Source of the DNA: Bacteroidia bacterium
GTDB taxonomy: Bacteria; Bacteroidota; Bacteroidia; NS11-12g; UBA955
Direction of reading: 5' to 3'
Length of the DNA: 59,210 nt
NCBI GenBank assembly: GCA_044377005.1
Contig: JBILJV010000005.1
Span: forward strand, 1-59,210
The notes beneath the pieces are model-generated. The model did no database searches, was not told the origin of the DNA, and saw only the letters and a program-made list of their open reading frames with translations. This document shows positions 39,543 through 48,676 of this stretch, piece after piece. The position numbers and the translations under genes were made by a program. Numbering within the stretch: position 1 is the first letter of the stretch; each line of letters starts with the position of its first letter.

Positions 39543-42457
39543 ATTTTTAATTTAATAGTAATTCTTGTTCCATTTTCATTGCTAACAATTGAAATATTCG
39601 CATTAATGTCTTTTGCTCTTTTATTTATCCCTGCTAAACCAAATCCTGAGATGTGTTCGTTACTGTTTATACCAATACCATTGTCCTCAATTTGTATAGT
39701 TAAATACCCTTTAACTTCATCAATAATTAATAAACATCGACTTGCATTAGAATGCTTAATTACATTGTTTAAAGCTTCTTTTATTATAAACAACATGTTA
39801 CGTTTTTGCCATGTTGTGAGCACTAAGTGAGAATGTTCTATTTTGTATTGAAAATCAAATTCTATGGTATCTTCAATAATTATTTGCCTTGAAACTTCAC
39901 TAACCCTGTCAATAAAATGAGAGAGCTTAACAATTGAATTACTCATACTCCAAACCATGTCCTTCATTGAACGGATGGCATAACGCGAGTTTTTTTCAAT
40001 CAAAACAAGTCCATTGTCATTTGGATACTTCAGTTTCAATATTTCCGCTTGTATTGAAGTTCCGGTTAGAATACTCCCAACTTCATCATGTAAGTCAAGT
40101 GAAATTTGATTTTTTAATGCTATAATTTTTTTCAAGTTTCTTGACCTCTCATTGATGACAATAAGCACAATGAAATGCAATAACACCACAATTCCGATAT
40201 AAAAATATGCAGAATTATAAAATGCAACAGGTACGACAATGGTCATGAACAAACGATTTGAAGCTTCGACACCCAATTCATTTATTGCTTTAATTTCAAT
40301 TGAATTTTTCCCTTCATCCAAATTATAAATCTCAATTAGTGGTTTATTTCCTATACTTATCCAATTTCTATTTTCATTTATTTTATAAAAGTACGAATGA
40401 TAATTTGGGTTGGAAAAGGCATTTATAGCAATATTTATTCTAACAAAATCATTTTTATCCTTTAATTGGATGGTTTGATGTTGACTAAAATAATCATAAT
40501 GATTTGAATTTGCGTTTTGATAATTTATTTTAGTAAAATATAAATGGTCAATCCTATTGTATATTTTTACTAAAGAAGGATTAATTTTGAGATAATGTGT
40601 CAAACCACCAAATAACAACAAACTATCATTGACAGAAAGATAAGAGGCATAATTATACTCTTCGCTTAAAAATCCATCAACATTGCATGGAATGTCCTTA
40701 ACTTTAATTAAATATGAAGACTGCGTAAGTGTGTGGTAACAAAATAAGCCATTATATGTAGAAGCCCATATTCTGCTGTATTTATCAAACAAAATTCCTG
40801 TAATTGTATTTGAACCAATATCACTTCCAAATACTTGATGTTTAACTATTTTTCTTAGCAAATAATTATATTTTATCAAGCCAAAATCGCTTGCAATCCA
40901 TGCAATATTGTTTTCCTTTTTGTCAAATAAAACAGATACTAATTTTGAGGAAATTTGTTTACCTCCGCCCTTGTTGGTTTTTAAGCCATGGCTATAAACA
41001 AACTTTAAATTAGAGTCCAATACAATTAAACCTTCTTTCGTTGACAAATAATATTGCTTATCGGGTCCAATATCAATGTGCCTCATAAACACTTTTAAAC
41101 GTCCGTCATTAAAAGTATTAAAAAAATGGGTTTTTTTATTGTATTTCATAAGCCCTACATTGGTTGCTAATAAAAATTCATTTGAATTTAAATCCACAAA
41201 ATGAAACACGCTTCGGAACACAGAGTCTTCCATTTTGTGTTCATTCATAAACTTATTTGTTTTTAAATCAAAACGATCCATCCCCCTGCCATCCATTGCT
41301 AACCAAACTTGATCGCCCTCAATTTTTCCAAAATAGCACGTAATTGACTTGTATGCTTTTTCTATATATTTACTTGTATTTTTTTTGATATTATAACGTT
41401 CCAACCCTTCGTAATTCAACAATATCAATTCATCTTCATTGTATTTTAAAATAGCTCTTCTTACTTTCACAACTCTCATTTTAGAAGGCAAATCACTTAA
41501 AAATTGTATTCCATAATTTATTTGATTTAACACTAAAACCCCTTGATTTGTTGCAATAAACACATCTTTATTGGGTCCAACTATTAATTGAGATATAAAT
41601 GCATTTTTTAAATTTAAATGACAGCTACTTGTTGCTATTAAATCTGTATTTGTTTTACAAAGGGTATTAAAATTTTGGGTGTAATAGTAATTACCATCAT
41701 AATAGTCAATTACATTTAAATTAAATAAGGACGTTTCGTTTCTTTTTATAAATGAATCTATATTGGGATTGTATTTAAATAAAAAAGAATCCGATTGATA
41801 ATTAACAAATTGAAATCTATCCTTAAATAACAACATCGTTTCATTTTTTTTTAAACTATAAAAATAGGTTTTTTTAATTTTCAATGTTTGTTCATTAACC
41901 ACATCAACCCTACCTGTATTATATACTATAAAGACATTTCCGAAATTATCACATTCCATATTACGAAACCATTTGTTATATACAAATACCGTTTTAGTAA
42001 ATTTACCCTCTATAATTTGAGTCAAATAGCCGTTAGACTGAAAGTAATAAACTATATTGTTAGTAGTTTTATATAACCTATGAACTATCCCTAATTTTTT
42101 GTTTACATTAAAATACCTTACTTTATGATTACGAGTATTAATTATTACAATTCCAGAATCCGAAGAAGCCCATACTTCATTGTTGAGGCATATAATTGAC
42201 TTATAGTCTTGCCATTTTAGTTTAATATGACTATTTATTGTAAAATTATGAAATTGGTAAGAATCAAACATAGAAATACCATTCAATGTTGCCATCCACA
42301 AAAAACCTTTTTGGTCGAAAACCATTTCCTTAACCCAATTGTCAGGCAACCCGTTGTCTATTGTGTATTTTTTGCTCTTAAAATGCAAAGGCGTATTATT
42401 CGCACTTAAATGCCCCTTTAATACAAATAAAATCAACAAAAATAAAATTAGTCTCAC
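39539..42457 (-). CDS. Beta-propeller periplasmic sensor histidine kinase (HisKA_3/HATPase)
   Basis: Signal peptide, YTIDNGLPDN propeller repeats, Y_Y_Y-like segment, TM helix, DLHDEVG H-box, EALNNVIKHS, DNGIG, GFGL. ATGA overlap with the regulator. Confidence 0.9.
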   Translation of the reverse strand: MRLILFLLILFVLKGHLSANNTPLHFKSKKYTIDNGLPDNWVKEMVFDQKGFLWMATLNGISMFDSYQFHNFTINSHIKLKWQDYKSIICLNNEVWASSDSGIVIINTRNHKVRYFNVNKKLGIVHRLYKTTNNIVYYFQSNGYLTQIIEGKFTKTVFVYNKWFRNMECDNFGNVFIVYNTGRVDVVNEQTLKIKKTYFYSLKKNETMLLFKDRFQFVNYQSDSFLFKYNPNIDSFIKRNETSLFNLNVIDYYDGNYYYTQNFNTLCKTNTDLIATSSCHLNLKNAFISQLIVGPNKDVFIATNQGVLVLNQINYGIQFLSDLPSKMRVVKVRRAILKYNEDELILLNYEGLERYNIKKNTSKYIEKAYKSITCYFGKIEGDQVWLAMDGRGMDRFDLKTNKFMNEHKMEDSVFRSVFHFVDLNSNEFLLATNVGLMKYNKKTHFFNTFNDGRLKVFMRHIDIGPDKQYYLSTKEGLIVLDSNLKFVYSHGLKTNKGGGKQISSKLVSVLFDKKENNIAWIASDFGLIKYNYLLRKIVKHQVFGSDIGSNTITGILFDKYSRIWASTYNGLFCYHTLTQSSYLIKVKDIPCNVDGFLSEEYNYASYLSVNDSLLLFGGLTHYLKINPSLVKIYNRIDHLYFTKINYQNANSNHYDYFSQHQTIQLKDKNDFVRINIAINAFSNPNYHSYFYKINENRNWISIGNKPLIEIYNLDEGKNSIEIKAINELGVEASNRLFMTIVVPVAFYNSAYFYIGIVVLLHFIVLIVINERSRNLKKIIALKNQISLDLHDEVGSILTGTSIQAEILKLKYPNDNGLVLIEKNSRYAIRSMKDMVWSMSNSIVKLSHFIDRVSEVSRQIIIEDTIEFDFQYKIEHSHLVLTTWQKRNMLFIIKEALNNVIKHSNASRCLLIIDEVKGYLTIQIEDNGIGINSNEHISGFGLAGINKRAKDINANISIVSNENGTRITIKLKI

Positions 42458-42677
42458 TAAAGTATACCCCTTTAAAAGAAAGGTGTTGCAAAATACTCAT
42501 TTATTAAATTATTATATATATTATAAATCAACATTCAAATGTTTGATTTTCAGTTAAATATAAATATATTAACAAATATTTATAAAAAATTCCAATAAAC
42601 TGTATAGTATAAAAAACCTATTTATATGAATAAAACGCGTATACCATACTATAAAATTGAGTATATAATACTATTTT

Positions 42678-43283
42678 TTAAATTTGATATGGTACTCTTA
42701 AAGAGATTGATTTACCCAAAGTAATTTCATCAGCAAACTCTAATTCACTTCCAATTGATATTCCTTTGCTTATTGTACTAATTTGAACAGAAAATGTTTT
42801 AAGTTTTCTTGCAATATAAAACGTGGTGGTATCGCCTTCAACATTTGGATTTAAAGCTATAATCACTTCTTCAAATTGTCCATCTTCAATTCGAGTCACC
42901 AATGAATTAATATTAAGCGATTCAGGACCAACACCATCCATAGGGGCAATAACTCCTCCTAACACATGATACAAACCATTGAATTGGGCCGTGTTTTCTA
43001 TCGCCATTACATCTTGCATATCTTCTACTACACACAATTGCCTGTAGTTGCGATTTGGCGACTTACAGATAATACAAACCTCTTCATCACTTATATTGTG
43101 ACAAACTCGGCAGGACTTTAAAGTGGTTTTTAATAACATCAATGCTTGTGCCAACTGATTAACTTCATCTTTGGGCCTTTTAAGTAAAAAAACCACCATC
43201 CTTAATGCACTTCGCGAACCAATTCCTGGAAAACCTGACAAGGCTTTTACTGCATTCTCAATTATTTTGGATGAATAGTTCAA
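42678..43283 (-). CDS. recR: Recombination mediator RecR
   Basis: FPGIGSRSALR, CxxC...CxxC zinc finger, YHVLGG and EG..T. TTG start. Confidence 0.95.
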   Translation of the reverse strand: MNYSSKIIENAVKALSGFPGIGSRSALRMVVFLLKRPKDEVNQLAQALMLLKTTLKSCRVCHNISDEEVCIICKSPNRNYRQLCVVEDMQDVMAIENTAQFNGLYHVLGGVIAPMDGVGPESLNINSLVTRIEDGQFEEVIIALNPNVEGDTTTFYIARKLKTFSVQISTISKGISIGSELEFADEITLGKSISLRVPYQI

Positions 43284-43512
43284 TTAGAATGCAAAGAAAC
43301 AAAAAATTAATAGATAAAAATTATCTTTTGATTACAGAAAAAGGAATATGATTTACTTACTTAAAAAACTTAATCATTTAAATATAAATGAATACAAAAA
43401 ATCTATGAACAGATATTTTCAGACAAACAATGACAAGCATTTATTGTCTTCATATCAGACATACCTCTTTTAAATGATAATTCCTTAAATTTGCGCTATA
43501 AAAATAACAACA

Positions 43513-43965
43513 ATGAACTTAGTAGAAAAAATAAACAAAGACTTAATAGACGCGATGAAAGCGAAAGATGAAATTCGTTTGAGAGCCATACGTGCTATGA
43601 AATCAGCCTTTTTAATGGCAGGGACAGAAACTGGCAACAAAGATATTAATGACGAAATCGCCATGAAAGCGATGATGAAAATGGCAAAACAACGAAAAGA
43701 CAGTATTGAAATTTTTGAAAAGGAAAACCGAAATGACTTAGCTCAAAAAGAAAAAGAAGAATTGAATGTTATTGAAACTTATTTACCAAAAGCAATGAGC
43801 GAAAGCGAACTTATTGATGCCCTAAAACTTATAATAGCCGAAGTAGGTGCAAATGGCATGCAAGAAGTTGGTAAAATAATGCCTGTTGCTATGAAAAACT
43901 TAGCTGGAAAAACCGACGGAAAATCAATTAATATGGCACTGAAAAAAATCTTTGACAACATTTAA
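43513..43965 (+). CDS. yqeY: GatB/YqeY domain protein
   Basis: AMKAKD..R...IR...KQRKDSI..F....R.DLA..E..E...YLP. -7 element TAAATTTG at 43486-43493. Confidence 0.88.
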   Translation: MNLVEKINKDLIDAMKAKDEIRLRAIRAMKSAFLMAGTETGNKDINDEIAMKAMMKMAKQRKDSIEIFEKENRNDLAQKEKEELNVIETYLPKAMSESELIDALKLIIAEVGANGMQEVGKIMPVAMKNLAGKTDGKSINMALKKIFDNI

Positions 43966-44012
43966 AATCATTTATTTACATTTGTAACTTAATTATTAAA
44001 AATATTCACACC

Positions 44013-44543
44013 ATGAAACAACTTTTTATAAATACAAGCCTAATTCTCTTCATCAGTGTGTTAACAATGGGCGGATGTCTTGAAAAATTAACAAGCATTA
44101 ACTTTGATTACACCACTGAAACAACTCTTTCTGTCGAAGCTATCGAAGCTCCTGGTGAATATGTGATAGGTGAATCTGTTTTAACATCTTCATTAAAACA
44201 AGAACTTGAAAAAAACAATACATCGCTCGACTTATTGGATGAATTAACCCTTCGTTCAGCTAAAGTTAGTATTTCTGACTCAACATTAAATTTTAATTCT
44301 ATTGAAAAAATTGAATTATACATTGCCGCAGAGGGGAATCCAGAAGTGCTTATTGCTTCAAAAAATCCAGTTTTAGACGATCAAAATAATTTAACTTTAA
44401 CTGTTAACAGTAATGAAAATTTGGCCAATTATATTAAAGCCAATACTTTTACTTACAGAATTAAAGGAGTTATTTCAGGACCAATTCCTGCTATTGATTT
44501 AAAAGCAGATGTAATATGGACTATAAAAGCAAGTGCTAAATAA
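44013..44543 (+). CDS. Hypothetical lipoprotein
   Basis: Lipobox-like MGGC, beta-rich mature region, -7 element TACATTTG at 43977-43984 and a downstream terminator. Confidence 0.65.
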   Translation: MKQLFINTSLILFISVLTMGGCLEKLTSINFDYTTETTLSVEAIEAPGEYVIGESVLTSSLKQELEKNNTSLDLLDELTLRSAKVSISDSTLNFNSIEKIELYIAAEGNPEVLIASKNPVLDDQNNLTLTVNSNENLANYIKANTFTYRIKGVISGPIPAIDLKADVIWTIKASAK

Positions 44544-44563
44544 AATCTAACTGATTTTTTATT

Positions 44564-44597
44564 AAAAAAACCTCCTTATAAATAGGGAGGTTTTTTT
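44564..44597. terminator. Bidirectional intrinsic terminator
   Basis: AAAAAAACCTCCTTAT-AA-ATAGGGAGGTTTTTTT between convergent genes. Confidence 0.88.
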
Positions 44598-45339
44598 ATT
44601 TATTCACTTTATGCAACTTGTGCATTAAAAAAGAAGATGCAAAACCAACAACATAACCACAAATAACATCACTTGGGTAATGCTTACCAGCTTTAACCCT
44701 AAGAATTGCCTCCACTGCTGGCAATGCAAAAGCGCCAGTCCACAATGCATAATTAGGTTTATTAGGTTCATTATAAGTTTGGTATGCATAAGCAAAACTA
44801 AAACTCAATGAAGAGACAGTTGTAGTATGTGCTGAAAAAAACGACATTCTATTGTCTGGCTTCATTTTTTTAGACATTTCTACTTCAGGATTATAAACAA
44901 GTGGCCGCGGCCTAAGTGTAAGTTTAAAACTGTTTGATAATGCTTGTGATAACAATAAACTTTGAAATGCGACTCCTGCAGTAGGAAAAATATTTTGTTT
45001 ACTATTTTTATCAAAACAGAAATACAAAAACATCAATCCACTTCCTACTGCTAAACCATCGCTTGCGTGAGCAATTTTAGGATTCCATTGATAAGTTGCA
45101 ATTCTATCAAATCTATTGATATTGTTTCTATTAAGACTCAAAATATAAGTTTCTGAAAGTGGTTTTACTTGATGTTGCAAATAAAAAGAAGAAGCTAAAA
45201 TACCTGTCGTTATTGACCCTAAAAATGGATCAAATTTTTTATATGAATATTTATATTGAGCATCAATATTTGCCGAACATAAAAAAAAGCCATAAATTAA
45301 TAATGGCTTTAGTTTAAATATATTTTTTAAAAAAACCAT
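44596..45339 (-). CDS. PAP2-family phosphatase
   Basis: K...RPRP, SFFSAHT and RVKAGKHYPSDV motifs. Start re-called at ATG 45339, which overlaps the iscA stop (TAATG). Confidence 0.85.
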   Translation of the reverse strand: MVFLKNIFKLKPLLIYGFFLCSANIDAQYKYSYKKFDPFLGSITTGILASSFYLQHQVKPLSETYILSLNRNNINRFDRIATYQWNPKIAHASDGLAVGSGLMFLYFCFDKNSKQNIFPTAGVAFQSLLLSQALSNSFKLTLRPRPLVYNPEVEMSKKMKPDNRMSFFSAHTTTVSSLSFSFAYAYQTYNEPNKPNYALWTGAFALPAVEAILRVKAGKHYPSDVICGYVVGFASSFLMHKLHKVNK

Positions 45340-45674
45340 TAAACAGCAAAACTTTCTCCGCATCCACAAGTTCTTTTGGCATTAGGATTGATAAAATTAA
45401 ATCCTTTACCATTTAATCCATCTGTAAAGTCCAATTCTGTTCCTGCTAGATACAAGTAACTTTTTAAATCACAAACTACTTTAACTGAATTTGTAATAAA
45501 TTCTTGGTCTCCGTCCTTTGGCTCATTGTCGAAATCTAAATCATAACTTAAACCACTACAACCGCCTCCTTTTACTGAAACCCTTACAAAATAATCTTGA
45601 CCCATATTTTCTTGGCTCATCAATTGTTTAACTTTGTCAAGTGCTCTATCTGTTATTGTTATATCTGCTGACAT
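45339..45674 (-). CDS. iscA: A-type Fe-S carrier (HesB/IscA)
   Basis: GGGCSGLSY and NPNA..TCGCGESF. Confidence 0.93.
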   Translation of the reverse strand: MSADITITDRALDKVKQLMSQENMGQDYFVRVSVKGGGCSGLSYDLDFDNEPKDGDQEFITNSVKVVCDLKSYLYLAGTELDFTDGLNGKGFNFINPNAKRTCGCGESFAV

Positions 45675-45829
45675 AATTTATTTTATATTTTTATTGGTTC
45701 TTATTGATTGATATTAGAATTTTAGTTCCATTTATTAAGGATTGATTTTAATGTTAATTATGTTTCTATCCCATTTTATCAAGGAAAATTCTAAACCACT
45801 AGGCTGAACCTAGTCACAGCTAGTTACTA

Positions 45830-46246
45830 TTAATAATGTTTTTTATCGTCCTCTATCGGTGCTAAACCGTTTTTCACTCTGTAGTCATTAATAGCTGACT
45901 TAATGGCATCTTCTGCTAATACACTGCAATGAATTTTAACAGGTGGTAATGCCAATTCTTCAACTATATCCATATTGTCTATTTTCAAGGCATCATCTAC
46001 AGACTTTCCTTTGAGCCATTCTGTTGCTAAAGAAGATGAAGCGATAGCACTACCGCAACCAAATGTTTTAAATTTAGCATCTTTGATAATACCTGTTACT
46101 TCGTCAACTTCTATTTGCAGACGCATAACATCTCCACACTCTGGAGCACCAACTAAGCCAGTTCCAACTTCTTTTTTATTTTTATCTAACGTTCCAATGT
46201 TTCTTGGATTGTTATAATGATCGATTACTTTTTCTGAATAAGCCAT
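45830..46246 (-). CDS. iscU: Fe-S scaffold
   Basis: GAPECGDVM, FKTFGCGSAIASS and LPPVKIHCS. Confidence 0.95.
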   Translation of the reverse strand: MAYSEKVIDHYNNPRNIGTLDKNKKEVGTGLVGAPECGDVMRLQIEVDEVTGIIKDAKFKTFGCGSAIASSSLATEWLKGKSVDDALKIDNMDIVEELALPPVKIHCSVLAEDAIKSAINDYRVKNGLAPIEDDKKHY

Positions 46247-46352
46247 GATTTATTTTATTAATGTTTTTATTTTTTTTAATTGTATTAATGCTGCTTCGTG
46301 CTTGATTTTTAAATTTTGATTTACTTTCTTTATAAACCCTATTCACTAGCTT

Positions 46353-47567
46353 TTAATGTTCAGCCCACTGTATACTTTTCAAATCTATTCCTTCTTTAAA
46401 CATTTCCCACAACGGGCTCATGTCTCTCAACTTAGTAACCGCTTCTTTCACGTGATTGATAGCATAATCCACTTCTTCATCTGTTGTAAATCTGCTTAAA
46501 CCAAAACGCAATGATGAATGTGCTAACTCATCATCTAAACCCAATGCTTTCAACACATAACTTGGCTCCAAACTGGCACTTGTACAAGCCGAACCTGATG
46601 AAACTGCTATATTTTTAACACCCATTATCAACCCTTCACCTTCTACATATTTAAAAGACATATTGCTAACATGTGGCAATCTATGTTCTTTACTTCCATT
46701 GATGTATGACTCTTCAAGTACCAATAATTCTTTTTCTAAACGGTCTCTCATTTTTATGATTCTCTCCGTATCAACTTGCATTTCGTTTTTACATAATTCG
46801 CAAGCTTTACCAAAACCAACTATACCTGGAACATTTAGGGTACCACTTCTCATGCCTCTTTCGTGACCACCACCATCCATTTGAGCAGTTACTTTTACTC
46901 TTGGATTTTTTCTTCTTACATACAAAGCTCCAACTCCTTTAGGTCCATACATTTTATGTCCAGTAAAACTCAATAAATCGATATTATCAGCTAAAACATC
47001 AACCGGAATTTTACCAACTGCTTGGGTGGCATCGGTATGAAACAAAACACCTTTAGAATGGCACAAAGTTCCAATCTCTTTCATAGGTTGTATAACCCCT
47101 ATTTCGTTATTGGCGTACATTATACTAACCAAAATTGTATTGGGCTGTAAGGCATCCTCAACTTGCTTTACTGTAATAAGTCCTTGTTCATTTGTTTTTA
47201 AGTAGGTCACTTGCGCACCTAGTTTTTCGATGTGTTTACAAGCATCTAATACTGCTTTGTGTTCTGTTTCAACAGTAATAATATGGTTACCTTTGGCGGC
47301 ATACATTTCAAAAACACCTTTAATGGCTAAGTTGTTAGATTCGGTAGCACCACTGGTAAAGATGATTTCTTTTTCATCCGCATTGATAAGGGCAGCCACT
47401 TGTTCTCTTGCATAATCAACTGCCTCTTCAGCTTTCCAACCAAAAGGGTGGTTTCTGCTTGCTGCATTTCCGAATATTTCGGTAAAATATGGCATCATAG
47501 CTTCCAAAACCCTAGGGTCCATGGGTGTGGTAGCATTATTATCTAGGTAGATAGGTAGTTTTAACAT
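46353..47567 (-). CDS. iscS: Cysteine desulfurase
   Basis: [18 protein letters not shown] and [17 protein letters not shown]. -7 element TATTTTTG at 47596-47603. Confidence 0.96.
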   Translation of the reverse strand: MLKLPIYLDNNATTPMDPRVLEAMMPYFTEIFGNAASRNHPFGWKAEEAVDYAREQVAALINADEKEIIFTSGATESNNLAIKGVFEMYAAKGNHIITVETEHKAVLDACKHIEKLGAQVTYLKTNEQGLITVKQVEDALQPNTILVSIMYANNEIGVIQPMKEIGTLCHSKGVLFHTDATQAVGKIPVDVLADNIDLLSFTGHKMYGPKGVGALYVRRKNPRVKVTAQMDGGGHERGMRSGTLNVPGIVGFGKACELCKNEMQVDTERIIKMRDRLEKELLVLEESYINGSKEHRLPHVSNMSFKYVEGEGLIMGVKNIAVSSGSACTSASLEPSYVLKALGLDDELAHSSLRFGLSRFTTDEEVDYAINHVKEAVTKLRDMSPLWEMFKEGIDLKSIQWAEH

Positions 47568-47787
47568 AATTCTTATTTAGACTAATTCTATTGTGCAAAA
47601 ATAATGATTTTTATCAGTTTTTTTTACATTTTTCGATTAAAAATACAACAATACAAGCCGGATTATGTTTGATACTAGCCGTTTTTTTGGGCAATCAATA
47701 CTATTAAACTACGAATTCATAAAATCACTGTTCTCCTTTTCTCTTTGGTTATTAGCAATAAACTCTAAGACGACATTACAATCATTC

Positions 47788-48672
47788 CTAAAAAGAAAAC
47801 TCCTTCATCGTTATTCCCATTGCACCAAAGATACCATAACCGTTCTTTATATTATTGGAAATAGGTGTTGGTTCTGCAAATGGATCAAATTCGTTTAAGC
47901 GTTGTAAATTGTATCTTCTCAAATAGTCAAAGGTTGTTTTTGAACAATTTGATATACTCACATTCATTTTGTTCTGTATCATTTGACTTCCATAATTATA
48001 TTCGATGGATTCTCTTCTTACACTTAATTGATTAACTTTTGTTCCATTGGTTTTTATATACAATTTATTATCTAAGAACTCATATTCTAAAACCGCATTA
48101 TTTAATTTCAAATCAACTAAATTTTCATAAAAATAAGAACTGCCCGTGGTATCATTATCAATCTGTCTGTTAAATTCCAATATTATATAATCATTGTTAA
48201 GGTGCGTATTACTCAAGGTTAAATCCATGTCTAAGGTTAAAGCATTCGAATAGTCATAATTTTTTATAATTTTACTTAATTTAACATCAATAATATCAAT
48301 AATCTCAGGCATGACATCCTCCCCAGATACTTTTGTAAAACCTGGAAAAAAGGCTTCAAAACGGTATTTAAAATTTGGTTTAGCTATTTGATCACTTTCC
48401 AAAACATTACCAACTTGATAACCAAATGAGTCAATCAAAATATCATTTTCATACAATTTCACATAAGCCCTTGGATGAACCAATTGCTTGAATGGCGCAT
48501 TGTCTAAAGGTGATAAACTTTTGGATAAAGTAAATTGGAAACCCATACTCTGCTCAAAAATACAATTGGAAACCAATAAACTTTTATGAGCTGGATAATC
48601 TTCTATTTTCTCTGTTTTTTCACAAGATGAAAACATTAAAACAACTAAAATCAAAATTAAATATCTCTTCAT
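47788..48672 (-). CDS. DUF4249-family lipoprotein, partner of the TonB-dependent receptor
   Basis: Start re-called at MKRYLILILVVLMFSSC (lipobox). C-terminal SNNIKNGYGIFG is typical of the family. Confidence 0.8.
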   Translation of the reverse strand: MKRYLILILVVLMFSSCEKTEKIEDYPAHKSLLVSNCIFEQSMGFQFTLSKSLSPLDNAPFKQLVHPRAYVKLYENDILIDSFGYQVGNVLESDQIAKPNFKYRFEAFFPGFTKVSGEDVMPEIIDIIDVKLSKIIKNYDYSNALTLDMDLTLSNTHLNNDYIILEFNRQIDNDTTGSSYFYENLVDLKLNNAVLEYEFLDNKLYIKTNGTKVNQLSVRRESIEYNYGSQMIQNKMNVSISNCSKTTFDYLRRYNLQRLNEFDPFAEPTPISNNIKNGYGIFGAMGITMKEFSF

Positions 48673-48676
48673 TTTT

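Noticed and set aside
22464-42548. Roughly 10-kb spacing of the three perfect IHF-like boxes
   Set aside because: Three points cannot establish periodicity, and I saw no match at the expected 12.5-kb position.
43348-43473. 41-codon ORF (MIYLLKKLNHLNINEYKKSMNRYFQTNNDKHLLSSYQTYLF) preceded by AAGGA in the recR-yqeY spacer
   Set aside because: No exact -7 box upstream, it ends inside the yqeY promoter region, SD motifs are largely uninformative in this phylum, and the length is compatible with chance. Ribo-seq would be needed to rescue it.
45790-45830. tRNA D-arm-like text (AGCCTAGTGGTTTAG) on the minus strand
   Set aside because: No acceptor stem, anticodon arm or TpsiC arm can be built around it. 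Kept only as the CTAG hairpin finding.
5010-47567. Apparent redox/Fe-S supercluster (bshA, nfuA, bshC, rimO, iscSUA)
   Set aside because: The genes are spread over more than 40 kb in unrelated operons, and co-occurrence in a housekeeping region is not evidence of a system.
47665-47898. 77-aa plus-strand ORF in the iscS-DUF4249 spacer
   Set aside because: Its ATG is part of the TATGTTTG promoter-like box, it overlaps the DUF4249 3' end, and the sequence has no family features.
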